DNA of 60,554 nucleotides, filler included. It is 4 parts of 4 records of this genome, joined end to end, with 100 filler letters (N's around TTAATTAATTAA, not from the genome) between each part and the next. Parts side by side here need not be neighbours in the genome. Positions count along the whole stretch, not along the records: positions 1 to 30,300 come from SRR20825006_824; positions 30,401 to 45,431 come from SRR20825006_840; 2 more parts are not named here. One strand, 5' to 3'. The notes beneath the pieces are model-generated. The model made no database searches. It was given only the letters and a program-made list of their open reading frames with translations, and was not told the origin of the DNA. Positions 20,907 to 33,648 of this stretch are shown here, piece by piece. Positions within the stretch are counted from its first letter, which is position 1; the number at the start of each line of letters is the position of its first letter. The position numbers were made by a program, and so were the translations under genes.

Positions 20907-22007
20907 ATGAAATTCTCAATCAATAGAGAACAACTGCTCAAGCCGCTACAGCAGGTCGCCGCCGTGGTGGAAAAGCGACAGACACTGCCGGTGCTGTCCA
21001 ACGTCTTGCTGGAGGTGGGCGACGGCCAGCTTTCCATGACCGGGACAGACCTGGAGCTGGAACTGGTGGCGCGTTTGCCGCTGGAAGGTGAGCAGGAGCC
21101 GGGCGAAACCACTGTGCCTGCCCGCAAGCTGGTGGATATTGCCAAGAGTCTGCCGGCAGAGGCCGATATCCGTTTCGAAGTGGATGGCGAGCGCATGCTG
21201 GTCCGCTCCGGCCGCAGCCGTTTTACCCTGTCCACTCTGCCGGCCTCGGAATTTCCCAACCTGGAAGAAGATGCCGCAGGCAGTAGCCTGGAAATGAAGC
21301 CGGATGTGCTGCGGGGCTTGATCGATCGCACCGCCTTTTCCATGGCACAGCAGGATGTGCGTTATTACCTGAACGGTATGCTGTTTGAGCTCAAGCCGGG
21401 TCGTCTGCGCGCCGTGGCCACCGATGGTCACCGCCTGGCGCTGTGTGATGCCGAGCTGGACGCGCCGGTGGAAGAAGCCTCCGTGATCTTGCCGCGTAAA
21501 GGGGTGATGGAACTGTCGCGTATTCTGGGTGACAGCGGTGAGGCAGCTCGCCTGACCATTGGCCGTAATCACGTCCGCATCGTGGTGGGGGCCATCACCT
21601 TCACGTCCAAGCTGGTGGATGGCAAGTTCCCGGAGTACGACCGGGTGATCCCCAAGGAAGGCTCGCGCAAAGTGGTCGCAGACCGCGAAACCTTGCGCCA
21701 GGCGCTGGCCAGGGTGGCGATTCTTTCCAACGAAAAGTACCGCGGCGTGCGGGTGCAGCTGTCTGAAGGCAGCTTGCGGATTGTGGCAAACAACCCGGAG
21801 CAGGAAGAAGCGGAGGAAGAGGTGTCCGTGGATTTCAATGGCTCACCGCTGGAAATCGGCTTTAACGTGAGCTACCTGCTGGATGTGCTGAACACCATGG
21901 GTGGCACTCAGGCAGAGCTGGAAATGGGTGACAGCAATAGCAGTGCCCTGGTGTTTGACCCTGAGAGTAAGGCAGCCGTGTATGTGGTTATGCCGATGCG
22001 CCTCTGA
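20907..22007 (+). CDS. dnaN: DNA polymerase III beta clamp
   Basis: QDVRYYLNG, ATDGHRL, C-terminal VVMPMRL. Confidence 0.99.
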   Translation: MKFSINREQLLKPLQQVAAVVEKRQTLPVLSNVLLEVGDGQLSMTGTDLELELVARLPLEGEQEPGETTVPARKLVDIAKSLPAEADIRFEVDGERMLVRSGRSRFTLSTLPASEFPNLEEDAAGSSLEMKPDVLRGLIDRTAFSMAQQDVRYYLNGMLFELKPGRLRAVATDGHRLALCDAELDAPVEEASVILPRKGVMELSRILGDSGEAARLTIGRNHVRIVVGAITFTSKLVDGKFPEYDRVIPKEGSRKVVADRETLRQALARVAILSNEKYRGVRVQLSEGSLRIVANNPEQEEAEEEVSVDFNGSPLEIGFNVSYLLDVLNTMGGTQAELEMGDSNSSALVFDPESKAAVYVVMPMRL

Positions 22008-22091
22008 GCATGATGTGTTTTACCGGGGTGGCCGCCACGGCCGCCCCGTCGTTGTTCTCCCCTCTCCTGTTTCTTTGTTGTTGTCCTCCTG

Positions 22092-23201
22092 ATGCTTAGC
22101 CGCCTTCAATTGAGCGATTTCCGTAATTACGGCACCGCAGAGGTGGAGCTGTCCCCGTCGCTGAATGTGATCCTGGGGGATAATGGCAGCGGCAAGACCA
22201 GTCTTCTTGAAGCAATTTACTTTATTGGCAGCGGTGGCCGTTCGTTTCGGGGCGGTCGTTTGTCGCGCCTGGTGCGCGATGGTGCGGAAGCAGCCACGCT
22301 GTACGCTGAGGTGTCTGCCGCTGAAGAATTGCACCGGCTTGGGGTGCGTCGAACCCCGGGTGGTATCGATGCCATCAAGCTGGATGGTCAGACCCCTAAA
22401 GCGTTGAGTGAGGTGGCTGCGCTGCTGCCGGTGTTGGCGCTACACCCTACATCTGTGGAGCTGGTGTTCGGCTCCTCGCAACTGCGACGTCGCTTTATGG
22501 ATTGGGGAATGTTCCACGTGGAACATCAATTCATGCCTGTGTGGCGCGCGGGATCGGCCGCTTTGAAGCAGCGTAATGCCCTGCTGCGCACCGGTCGTCC
22601 GTCCCCCCGAGAACTGGGCTTTTGGGATCAGCAACTGGCGCAGACTTCTGATAGAATCGAAGGGTTACGCAGAGGCTATCTGGCTGCGCTACAGCGTGGT
22701 TTGGACGAGGTCCTGGCGGTACTAGCTCCTGAGCTGAAAATACGGCTCAGGCTGAATACAGGGCTGCAGAAAGATGAGTCCTATGGTCAGGCGCTGGATC
22801 GACTACAGCAGGATGATCTCAGGCGAGGTTTTAGCCAGGCTGGATTCCATCGCAGTGATATTCGTATTGAGAGTCACGGCGTTGTGGCCCGCGATCGTTT
22901 ATCTCGTGGTCAGGCCAAATTGGTGGCCTATGGCATGGTGCTGGCCCAGCTACCGTTAATTAGCCAGGCCGGAAAGGTCTGTACCCTGCTGGTGGATGAT
23001 CTGGCGGCAGAGCTGGATGAAGAGCACCGCAATCAGTTGCTGGGTTATCTGGCCACAACAGGCCACCAGACATTGATTACAGCGTTGGACATGCCCCAGT
23101 GGGCTGCCATCGTGAATGACAATAACGCATTACAGGCGGTTGAGAGCAAAATGTTCCACGTGGAACATGGCAAGCTGCGACCCCTCACCGAGAGCAAATA
23201 A
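22092..23201 (+). CDS. recF: DNA replication/repair protein RecF
   Basis: GDNGSGKTS, LSRGQAK, LVDDLAAELD. Confidence 0.97.
   Translation: MLSRLQLSDFRNYGTAEVELSPSLNVILGDNGSGKTSLLEAIYFIGSGGRSFRGGRLSRLVRDGAEAATLYAEVSAAEELHRLGVRRTPGGIDAIKLDGQTPKALSEVAALLPVLALHPTSVELVFGSSQLRRRFMDWGMFHVEHQFMPVWRAGSAALKQRNALLRTGRPSPRELGFWDQQLAQTSDRIEGLRRGYLAALQRGLDEVLAVLAPELKIRLRLNTGLQKDESYGQALDRLQQDDLRRGFSQAGFHRSDIRIESHGVVARDRLSRGQAKLVAYGMVLAQLPLISQAGKVCTLLVDDLAAELDEEHRNQLLGYLATTGHQTLITALDMPQWAAIVNDNNALQAVESKMFHVEHGKLRPLTESK
22510..22525. promoter_or_regulatory. parS site (ParB binding)
   Basis: Perfect palindrome TGTTCCACGTGGAACA inside recF. Confidence 0.92.
23152..23167. promoter_or_regulatory. parS site (ParB binding)
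   Basis: Second TGTTCCACGTGGAACA near the recF 3' end. Confidence 0.92.
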
Positions 23202-25628
<2,427 letters not shown>

Positions 25629-25724
25629 AGAGACGCTGCATGCTTCATGCGGCAAGCAACACGCATAAAAAAAGCGAACCTTCGGGTTCGCTTTTTCGTG
25701 GTGCCTGTAGCGTGTAGCGTCTCT
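25629..25724. terminator. Bidirectional terminator between gyrB and hns, flanked by inward-facing heptamer arrays
   Basis: AAAAAGCGAACC-TTCG-GGTTCGCTTTTT, with arrays at 25629-25664 (+) and 25696-25724 (-). Confidence 0.88.
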
Positions 25725-25727
25725 TGA

Positions 25728-26084
25728 TTACACCAAAAAATCGTCCAGATTGGCGCCTTTGCTCAGGGCATCCTGCAACCACAGCGGGCGTTTGCCGCGG
25801 CCGGTCCAGGTGTTGCTGCTGTTGTTCGGGTCGCGGAACTTTACTTTGGCCGGACGGCGAACGCCGGTTTTTTTCTTGGCAGCTTTTTTGCGTGTGGTTT
25901 TCTTCTTGTCGGCAGCATTTTTCAGCAGGTCCTGGGGATCAACACCCAGATCCTTGGCCATTTTTTCCAGTACTGCCTGGGCATTTTTCAATTCGGCCTT
26001 ACGCTTTTTGTCGAGCGCAGACTCTGCCTGTTTGATCAGTTTTTCCAGCTCGTCGACAGACAGTTCGTCAAGATTGATGCTCAT
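25728..26084 (-). CDS. hns: H-NS family nucleoid-associated protein
   Basis: N-terminal coiled coil and C-terminal KFRDP..TWTGRGKRPLW DNA-binding motif. Confidence 0.9.
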   Translation of the reverse strand: MSINLDELSVDELEKLIKQAESALDKKRKAELKNAQAVLEKMAKDLGVDPQDLLKNAADKKKTTRKKAAKKKTGVRRPAKVKFRDPNNSSNTWTGRGKRPLWLQDALSKGANLDDFLV

Positions 26085-26264
26085 TAAGGTGCCCTTGTTT
26101 TAGGTCATTGAATAACGGCAAAGACTGTAATTATTTTAATGGGCATTGGCAATATAGAGGCTTAAACGCAGGGCGGAAAATAAAAAAACTGTGATAAAGA
26201 ATAATATTTCCACTGCGGTGATTATAAAATCACCGTATTCCTGCTGTTTTCATGGGTAATACGT

Positions 26265-26993
26265 TTAACCGGGGTAATGCTCCATAATCCACTGTTGGGC
26301 TTCAGCGCTGACTTGCTTGGCTTTTTTATTGTGCGTGTCGATGGGAGGGCTGATACGCAGTGTGATGGTGCCGGGGTAACGCACCCAGGTTTTGCGGGGC
26401 CAGCAATCACCACTGTTATGGGTCAAGGCAATGACAGGCACCCCGGCCTGCGTGGCCAGCATGCTGCCACCGTGGTTGAACTTGCCATGGGTACCTGGGG
26501 CTTGTCGGGAGCCTTCCGGGAAAATTACCACCCGCAGTCCACGCTTGAGACGCTGCTTACCCTGGGACAGCACCGATTTTAACGCGGCCTTGCCATCGCT
26601 GCGGTTAATACGAATGGGATTAAGCAGTGCCAACCCCCAGCCAAAGAAAGGGATCCACAGCAGTTCCCGTTTCAGCACCGTGGCTTGCGGGCTGATCAGC
26701 ACCTGCAGGTAAAAGGTTTCCCAGCTGCTTTGGTGGTTGGCAAGAATGACACAGGGGGCATCCGTCAGGTATTCCCTTCCTTCCACGTTCACGGTGATGC
26801 GGTTGAGGTGGTGGTCCAGCCACATGGCAAAACGGGTCCACAGGTTAATAAACCGGTGGCGGGCGCGCAGCGGCAGGAAGGGGCCAACCAGGACACAGAG
26901 GAAACTGTGGAAAATACCGGCAAGGTTATACAACACAAAAAACAGCGCGCTGCGGACCTTGATCGACAGCGACGGTGAGTCGTGCTGTGTCAT
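26265..26993 (-). CDS. plsC: 1-acyl-sn-glycerol-3-phosphate acyltransferase
   Basis: NHQSSWE and FPEGSR motifs; glyQS-gmhB-plsC synteny. Confidence 0.88.
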   Translation of the reverse strand: MTQHDSPSLSIKVRSALFFVLYNLAGIFHSFLCVLVGPFLPLRARHRFINLWTRFAMWLDHHLNRITVNVEGREYLTDAPCVILANHQSSWETFYLQVLISPQATVLKRELLWIPFFGWGLALLNPIRINRSDGKAALKSVLSQGKQRLKRGLRVVIFPEGSRQAPGTHGKFNHGGSMLATQAGVPVIALTHNSGDCWPRKTWVRYPGTITLRISPPIDTHNKKAKQVSAEAQQWIMEHYPG

Positions 26994-26995
26994 GC

Positions 26996-27538
26996 CTATT
27001 CCTTCAAGATGTGATCTGCAAAGTCAGCCAGTGAGTCGTAAATGGCAACCGGGCCCAGGGATTCAGGCAGACCTTTTTCCAGAGTCTTGTTCCCTTTGCC
27101 GGTTCGCACCAGTACCGGTGCGCAATGGCGAGCGACTCCCGCTTCAAGATCCCTAAGGCTATCACCAATCAGGGGCGCACCGGTGACATCGCCATACTCG
27201 GTAACAATCTGGTCGATCAGTCCTGGTAGCGGCTTGCGACAATCACAGCCGTCATCGGGTCCGTGGGGGCAATAGACGATCTTGCCCAGCGCACCGCCCT
27301 GCTCCGCCACCAACTCACGCAGGCGCGCGTGCATGGCATCCAGGGTGGCCACATCATAATAGCCACGGCCAATACCGGACTGGTTGGTGGCCACAGTGAC
27401 GGTATAACCCGCCTGGCTCAAACGGGCGATGGCCTCGATGCTGCCGGGGATGGGAATCCACTCGTCCACGGTCTTGATGTAGGCATCGGAGTCCTCGTTG
27501 ATGACCCCGTCGCGATCCAGAATGATGAGTTTGTTCAT
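26996..27538 (-). CDS. gmhB: D-glycero-beta-D-manno-heptose 1,7-bisphosphate phosphatase
   Basis: LDRDGVIN, TNQSGIGRG, CPH..CDCRKP. Confidence 0.95.
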   Translation of the reverse strand: MNKLIILDRDGVINEDSDAYIKTVDEWIPIPGSIEAIARLSQAGYTVTVATNQSGIGRGYYDVATLDAMHARLRELVAEQGGALGKIVYCPHGPDDGCDCRKPLPGLIDQIVTEYGDVTGAPLIGDSLRDLEAGVARHCAPVLVRTGKGNKTLEKGLPESLGPVAIYDSLADFADHILKE

Positions 27539-27591
27539 GGGGCTTGTCTTCTCTCTTTACCGCCGGAGCGCCGCTCCTACCGCGATATACA

Positions 27592-27658
27592 CAAAGGCCG
27601 CTGATTTAGCGGCCTTTGATTTAGCGTGTTGCGTGATGCGCCGGGCGTGCTGCGTTTC
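27592..27658 (-). terminator. Hairpin after glyS preceded by a heptamer array
   Basis: CAAAGGCCGCT-GATTT-AGCGGCCTTTG hairpin; five 7-mers at 27624-27658. Confidence 0.7.
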
Positions 27659-29731
27659 TTATTCCTGCAACAGACTGATGTCCGCCACGTTCAGGAACAG
27701 GTCACGCAGGAACGCCAGCAGCGCCAGCCGGTTGTTGCGCACCGCTTCATCGTCGGCCATTACCATTACCGTCTCGAAGAAAGCATCCACCGGTTCGCGC
27801 AGATCTGCGAGCATTTCCAGGACGCTGGCGTAGTCGCCGGCTTCCAGTAGTTCGTAAGACTGCTCAAAGGCGCCAACCACCATATTGGTTAGGGTCTTTT
27901 CGGCTTCATCTTCCAACAAGGCGCCATCGATTTCCTCTGGCGGTGCGTTGTCCAGCTTGGCCAGGATGTTGGAGACTCGCTTGTTGGCGGCGGCCAGTGC
28001 CTGGGCTTCCTCGCGCTGCTGGAAAGCTGCCACGGCTTTCACCCGGCGATCAAAATCCAGAGGCTTTCTGCAGGCATCGTCGATGGCCAGCACCGACAGG
28101 ATCACCGGGGTGGCAATGCCCTGCTCCTGATAGATGGCGCGGTAGCGACCCTTGATAAAGTCGAAGGCGTCTTCCACCTGGCCGGCATCAATGCGTTCGC
28201 CCAGTTGTGCGGCGGCCTGGTCCAGCAGTTCACGCAGATCCAGGGCCAGTTCATTTTCAATAATGATGCGCAGCACGCCGAGGGTTGCGCGACGCAGCGC
28301 GTACGGGTCTTTGGTGCCACTGGGTTTCTGGCCGATACCGAAAATGCCCACCAGGGTGTCGATCTTGTCGGCCAGGGACACCGCCATGCCGGTTTTGCTT
28401 TGCGGCAAGGTGTCACCGGCGAAGCGTGGCAGGTATTGCTCATACAGGGCCTTGGCCACCTCGTCTGGCTGGCCTTCGCGCTGGGCCAGGTAGAAGCCCA
28501 TGATGCCCTGCATGGTGTCGAACTCGCCGACCATTTCGCTGTTCAGGTCGGCCTTGCTCAGTTCGCCGGCCAGCTTGGCGTTGTCCGCGTCCCCACCGAT
28601 TTGCCCGGCAATCACGGCGGCCAGACTGCCGATGCGCTGGCACTTGTCGGCCACGGTACCCAGCTGTTGCTGGAATACCACATTGGCCAGCCCTTCGGCG
28701 TGCTGGGCCAGGGTGCGCTTGCAATCGTTGTCGTAGAAGAAAGCGGCATCGGCCAGGCGCGGGCGAATTACTTTTTCGTTGCCGTGGATCACCTGTTGGG
28801 GGTCTTTGGACTGGATATTACTGATGGTAATAAAGCGCGGCATCAGCTTGCCGTCAGCATCCAGCACCGAGAAGTATTTCTGGTGTTCTTCCATGGCGCT
28901 GATCAGGGCTTCCTGGGGAACGCGCAGGAAGTCGTCATCGAAGCTGCCCATCAGTGCTTCGGGCCATTCCACCAGAGCGGTGACTTCGTTGAGCAGGTCC
29001 GGGTCGATCTGGGCGACCCCGCCAGCTTTTTTACCTGCCGCCAGGGTCTGCTCTTCGATCATGGCTTTACGGCGGTCAAAGTCAGCGAGGACGTGGCCGT
29101 CTTGTTCTATGCGCTGGGCATACTCGCCAGCGGTCGCCAGGTCGATAGCGCCCGGTGCATGGAACCGGTGGCCATAGCTGGTGCGGCCGGATTGCAGATC
29201 CAGCAATTCGAAGGGAATCACCTCGTCCCCGAACAGTGCCACCAGCCAGTGGGCGGGACGCACAAACTGGACCTTGCGCTTGCCCCAGCGCATACGCTTG
29301 GGAATGGGCAGTTTCTGGATGGCCTGGGTGAAAAAGGCGGGGATCAGCTCGGCGGCGTTTTTGCCCTTCTCGGTGATCTGTGCCACCAGGCGTTCGCCCT
29401 TGCCGGTGTCCTGACGACCCAGCTGGTCTACGGTCAGGCCCAGTGAGGCGGCAAAACCCTGGGCGGCCTTGGTGGGGTTGCCGTCGCTGTCGAAGGCGGC
29501 CTGCACGGCGGGGCCCTGGCGCTCGATATCGCGATCGGCCTGTTTCTCGTCCAGATCACGCACCAGTAGGGCCAGGCGGCGAGGGGCGGCAAAGCGTTCC
29601 ACGTTACCGTGGTTGAGGCCGGCCTCATCCAGTTGGCGAACAAATTCGTCGGTGAGCGCGGCACTCAGTGATGCCAGGGCTTTCGGGGGCAGCTCTTCGG
29701 TGCCCAGTTCAATCAGCAAATCCCGGGACAT
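27659..29731 (-). CDS. glyS: Glycine--tRNA ligase beta subunit
   Basis: ELGTEELP, MRWG..FVRP, DPYALRR, NRLALL. Confidence 0.97.
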   Translation of the reverse strand: MSRDLLIELGTEELPPKALASLSAALTDEFVRQLDEAGLNHGNVERFAAPRRLALLVRDLDEKQADRDIERQGPAVQAAFDSDGNPTKAAQGFAASLGLTVDQLGRQDTGKGERLVAQITEKGKNAAELIPAFFTQAIQKLPIPKRMRWGKRKVQFVRPAHWLVALFGDEVIPFELLDLQSGRTSYGHRFHAPGAIDLATAGEYAQRIEQDGHVLADFDRRKAMIEEQTLAAGKKAGGVAQIDPDLLNEVTALVEWPEALMGSFDDDFLRVPQEALISAMEEHQKYFSVLDADGKLMPRFITISNIQSKDPQQVIHGNEKVIRPRLADAAFFYDNDCKRTLAQHAEGLANVVFQQQLGTVADKCQRIGSLAAVIAGQIGGDADNAKLAGELSKADLNSEMVGEFDTMQGIMGFYLAQREGQPDEVAKALYEQYLPRFAGDTLPQSKTGMAVSLADKIDTLVGIFGIGQKPSGTKDPYALRRATLGVLRIIIENELALDLRELLDQAAAQLGERIDAGQVEDAFDFIKGRYRAIYQEQGIATPVILSVLAIDDACRKPLDFDRRVKAVAAFQQREEAQALAAANKRVSNILAKLDNAPPEEIDGALLEDEAEKTLTNMVVGAFEQSYELLEAGDYASVLEMLADLREPVDAFFETVMVMADDEAVRNNRLALLAFLRDLFLNVADISLLQE

Positions 29732-30300
29732 TATTGCTTCCCCTTCTTTCTATCGCCTTTCTCGGCGGCGCCTTTTTTAGCGGCCTTGACATCCTGCTTT
29801 TGCAGCTCTGCCATCACTTCGTCGCGAATGGTGTCATCCGCCATGGGGAAGCCCAGCGAACGGCGCTTGTCGAAATAGGCCTGGGCCACGGCCCGGGCCA
29901 GGGTGCGCACACGCAAAATAAAGCGTTGGCGTTCGGTGACCGAAATGGCCTTGCGGGCATCCAGCAGGTTGAAGGTGTGGGAGGCCTTCAGGACATATTC
30001 ATAGGCGGGCAGCGGGAGGCCGGCGTCGATCAGTTTGGTGGACTCGCCCTCGAACAAATCAAACTGCTTGAACAGCTCGTCCACGTTGGCGTGTTCAAAG
30101 TTGAAGGTGGACATTTCCACTTCGTTTTGCAGGAACACGTCACCGTAGGTGACTTTACCGAAGGGGCCGTCGGACCACACCAGGTCGTAGACCGAATCCA
30201 CGCCCTGGATGTACATGGCCAGGCGCTCCAGTCCGTAGGTGATTTCCCCGGTGACCGGATAGCAGTCGATGCCGCCGACCTGCTGGAAATAGGTGAACTG
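29731..30300 (-). CDS. glyQ: Glycine--tRNA ligase alpha subunit (5' truncated)
   Basis: [39 protein letters not shown] overlap with glyS. Confidence 0.96.
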   Translation of the reverse strand, partial: QFTYFQQVGGIDCYPVTGEITYGLERLAMYIQGVDSVYDLVWSDGPFGKVTYGDVFLQNEVEMSTFNFEHANVDELFKQFDLFEGESTKLIDAGLPLPAYEYVLKASHTFNLLDARKAISVTERQRFILRVRTLARAVAQAYFDKRRSLGFPMADDTIRDEVMAELQKQDVKAAKKGAAEKGDRKKGKQ

Positions 30301-30400
30301 NNNNNNNNNNNNNNNNNNNNNNNNNNNNNNNNNNNNNNNNNNNNTTAATTAATTAANNNNNNNNNNNNNNNNNNNNNNNNNNNNNNNNNNNNNNNNNNNN
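30301..30400. other. Artificial contig linker
   Basis: N44-TTAATTAATTAA-N44 (stops in all six frames); genes truncated on both sides. Confidence 0.97.
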
Positions 30401-33060
30401 TTCAAAAACGCCACCGTCACGCCATCGCCACCTTCTCCTCGCTCGCCGCGGCGGAACTCCTTGACGTAGTTCGAGGTCGGGAGCCAGCCACGCACGGCGC
30501 GCTTGAGCGCGCCGGTGCCGTGGCCGTGGATGATGTAGGCGCCGCCGAGGTTGGCGCCATAGACGGCGTCGAGGAAGAGCTCGACCTTCTCGAGCGCCTC
30601 GTCCACGCGCATCCCGCGAAGATCCACGGTGTTGTCGCTGGTCTGCGGGAGCAGACCTGCTTCAGCGTGGGCCTCAGCGTGGTTGCCTCCGCCCGAGTTC
30701 GAGCGTTGGCGAGAGCGGTTGTTGCTCTTTCCTCCGCCACGAACATGATCGCGACGCGCGGATTCGCTGGTGAAGTAGAGGTCTGTGACGGGAATCCTCA
30801 TCTTGAGCGCTCCCACCTGGACCATCGCCTCGAGCGCGTCCTCCTCGTACTCGACCACGACCCCCTTGCGCTTGTAGGGCTGCGCGTAGACCTCCATCCC
30901 TTCGGACAGATCCTTGCGCTTGATGCGCGCGAGACCCTTGGGGCCAGGTTCGGGCGGGCGCGTGTAATCGGCCGCCTTCTCGATGGTCTTCTCCACGCCC
31001 GAGAGGTCATCGCGGAGCTTCTCCAGCTCTTGCTGGTTGAACTCCTTGGTCGCAAAGTCTCCCTTGCGCTGGAGCGCGGCGATCTGCTCCTTGATCAGCG
31101 CCTTTGCCGCGTCCAGCTCGCCCTTGAGCCTGCGCGTCTCCTTGTGGACGAGGTCCTTCTCCCTGGCGAGCAGGCCATCGTACTTGCGCTGGTACTTGTC
31201 CTTCTTGGCCTCGGCCTCGTTGCGAAGGTGGTCCAGGCGGCGCTGCTCCTTGTCCATCTCGATGCGCTTGTCCTCGAGCGTGGCGAGGATCTCCTCGACC
31301 GACTGGTGATCCTGTCCGTCGAGCACGTCCTTGGCGCGTTGGATGATCTCCTGCGGGAACCCGAGGCGCTGCGCGATACGCACCGCATAAGAACTCCCTG
31401 GCAGGCCATAGATCACGCGGTACGTCGGCGCAAGCGTATCAAGATCAAAGCCCATCGACGCGTTGGCGTAGGCTCCTTTTTGGAAGGCGAGCGTCTTGAG
31501 GCTCTCGAGGTGCGTGGTGACGACTGTCGTCGCGCCACGCGTGGTGAGTTCTTCGAGCAATGCCACCGCGAGCGCCGCGCCCTGAATAGGATCGGTGCCG
31601 GTGAACAACTCGTCGAGCAACACCAGGCTCGTGTGGTCGGTCTTCTTGATGAAGGTGTTGATGTTCTTGAGGTGCCCCGAGAACGTCGAGAGATCCTGCT
31701 CGATCGACTGCTCGTCACCGATGTCGGTGTAGATCGTGCGAAACAGCGGGATCTTGGAGCCTTCATCCACGGGAAGCGTCAACCCACAGCGCGCCATGAG
31801 CGAACACAGCCCCAGCGTCTTGAGCAACACCGTCTTACCGCCGGTGTTCGGGCCGGAGACGATCATGACCTGCGCCTCGTCTTCGAGCTGCACGTCGTTG
31901 GGGACGGTGTCATTGACGTCCTCCCCATTGATCGTGCGCGCGAACTTGATCCAGAGCAGCGGGTGCCTGGCGCGCTTCAGGTTCAGCTCGTCATCGGTCA
32001 GCTCGGGGATCGTGCCACCGATCTTGTGTCCGAGCTGTGAGCCCGCGAACACGACATCGAGGTAGGCCAGGATATCCATGCTCTGGCGCAACGCCTCGGC
32101 GCGCTTTGCGACCATCCCTGACAACCTGTAGAGGATGCGATCCTCCTCCTCCTGGAGCTCGATCTGAGCCCAGCGGAGCTGGTTGTTGAGCTGGATAAGA
32201 TCATCGGGCTCGATAAACGCCGTCTGACCGCTCGAAGAATATCCGTGGACGATGCCGCCCACGGTCGTCTTCGAGCTCACGCGCACAGGCAACACGTAGC
32301 GATCTTCCCTGACGGTGAAGAACTCATCCTGGAGGTGGTGCTCCATCTCCTCGCTCTTGAGGAGCTGGTCGACGCGGGTGCGGATGCGGTCATGATGACT
32401 CTGCACGGCGCGTCGCAGCCTGCCGAGGTCTGGCGAGGCGTGGTCGGAGAGCCTGCCGCCCGGTTCGACCGCGTGGTTGAGGGTCTGGCGCAGGTCATCG
32501 CAGGCGTCGAGCTCGCTGGCTGCTTCGGCCAGATAGGGCGCGACCTCGGAGCGTTGGCGATAGTAGCGCGAGGTCCTCGAGGCCACGTCGCAGTTGCGCG
32601 CGATGGCGTAGAGGTCTTCTGCCACGAGCTTGCCACCGCGCTCGGCGTAGGCGACCGCTTTTCGAATATCACTGAGACCGCGCAGGGGAGGGTGCTCGTC
32701 CTTGCCGATGAGCTGTTGCCCTTCCATGATTTCGATCATACGTCGCTGGATGGCGCCTTTCGACTCCATCGGACGCATCGCCATGGCGAGCAGTCGGCCC
32801 TCGGGGCTGACGGTCAGATCGGCCAGCTGCTTGATCAACTGGTCCCACTGCAAATCAGTGAAGCTTTTCTGGGGAATGTCGGTGCGTTCCCAGGGATAGA
32901 GCGCTTGCTCGTCCTCCTCGTCGGCCTCGACTTCATGAAGAGGCGCGAGCGTGAGCTGCTTGAGCTGCGCGAGCGGGAACGCGTCTGCTGGGACACCCGG
33001 TTCCTGTTGCTCGTCCTCGTTTTGGTGATTGAGATTTGTATTCGACGTGCTGGAACTCAT
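30401..33060 (-). CDS. mutS2: Endonuclease MutS2 (Smr domain), last codons truncated
   Basis: SGPNTGGKT, GDEQSIEQDLSTFS, LLDELFTGTDP, Smr DLRGMRVDEA..IIHGHGTG; AAGGAGG RBS before ATG 33060. Confidence 0.95.
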
Positions 33061-33136
33061 CGCGTCCCTCCTTACAGGGGCCTCGCCGCTCTTTAAAGAC
33101 ATCTCGCACGCTGACAGGAACACCTGCATAAACCGC

Positions 33137-33345
33137 AAAACAAAAGGGGCGAAGCGTGTACGCATATACAGCTCGCCCCCATCCTCTCGCAGGGCTTATG
33201 AAGGATGTGCCTCCCAGAATGTGCAGCCACGAACCTGTCACCCGAGGCCATGCGTCGGGTCGTTCGTGTCTGTCTGGAGGGTGAGGTGTTTGCTGGTTCC
33301 CGTGCGTTATCTCGGGCAGAGGAACCACATAAAACAACATCCTTT
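33137..33345 (-). ncRNA. Candidate structured ncRNA/leader followed by an intrinsic terminator
   Basis: Nested stems 33201-08/33337-44, 33210-18/33273-80, 33228-34/33262-68, 33240-45/33255-60 and 33294-300/33321-27; terminator stem 33146-52/33173-79 with U-tail on the minus strand. Confidence 0.5.
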
Positions 33346-33648
33346 CGCTTTGAAAATTGCGGCGCGCATCGCGGGCGGCGTCTCTCAGAGCGCGTGTGTC
33401 TTCATCACACGTGGCAAAGCAACGAGACCATGAGAGGGTTTATTTCATCAACCTCGAATTTTCTGCAAAATAGATTTCGGGAGACTCGGCGCAGGATTAT
33501 TCGCTGCCCTGTAAGCTGTTCCCAGAGCAGTGCGGAGATAACTTGTCTCCGAGGTGGGGAAGATGAGAACCTGCGTCATCCTTCGCGCTTGTGCTATAGG
33601 TGCTTTGGGATGACCTCCTGCCAAGTGCCAAGAAAGAGGAAACGCTCG

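Noticed and set aside
27560-27585. GTAG-type REP-like sequence (also near 15080-15097)
   Set aside because: Short, degenerate and not clearly repeated in the window; no RAYT transposase seen.
30345-30356. TTAATTAATTAA palindrome repeated three times
   Set aside because: Artificial six-frame-stop linker inside N padding.
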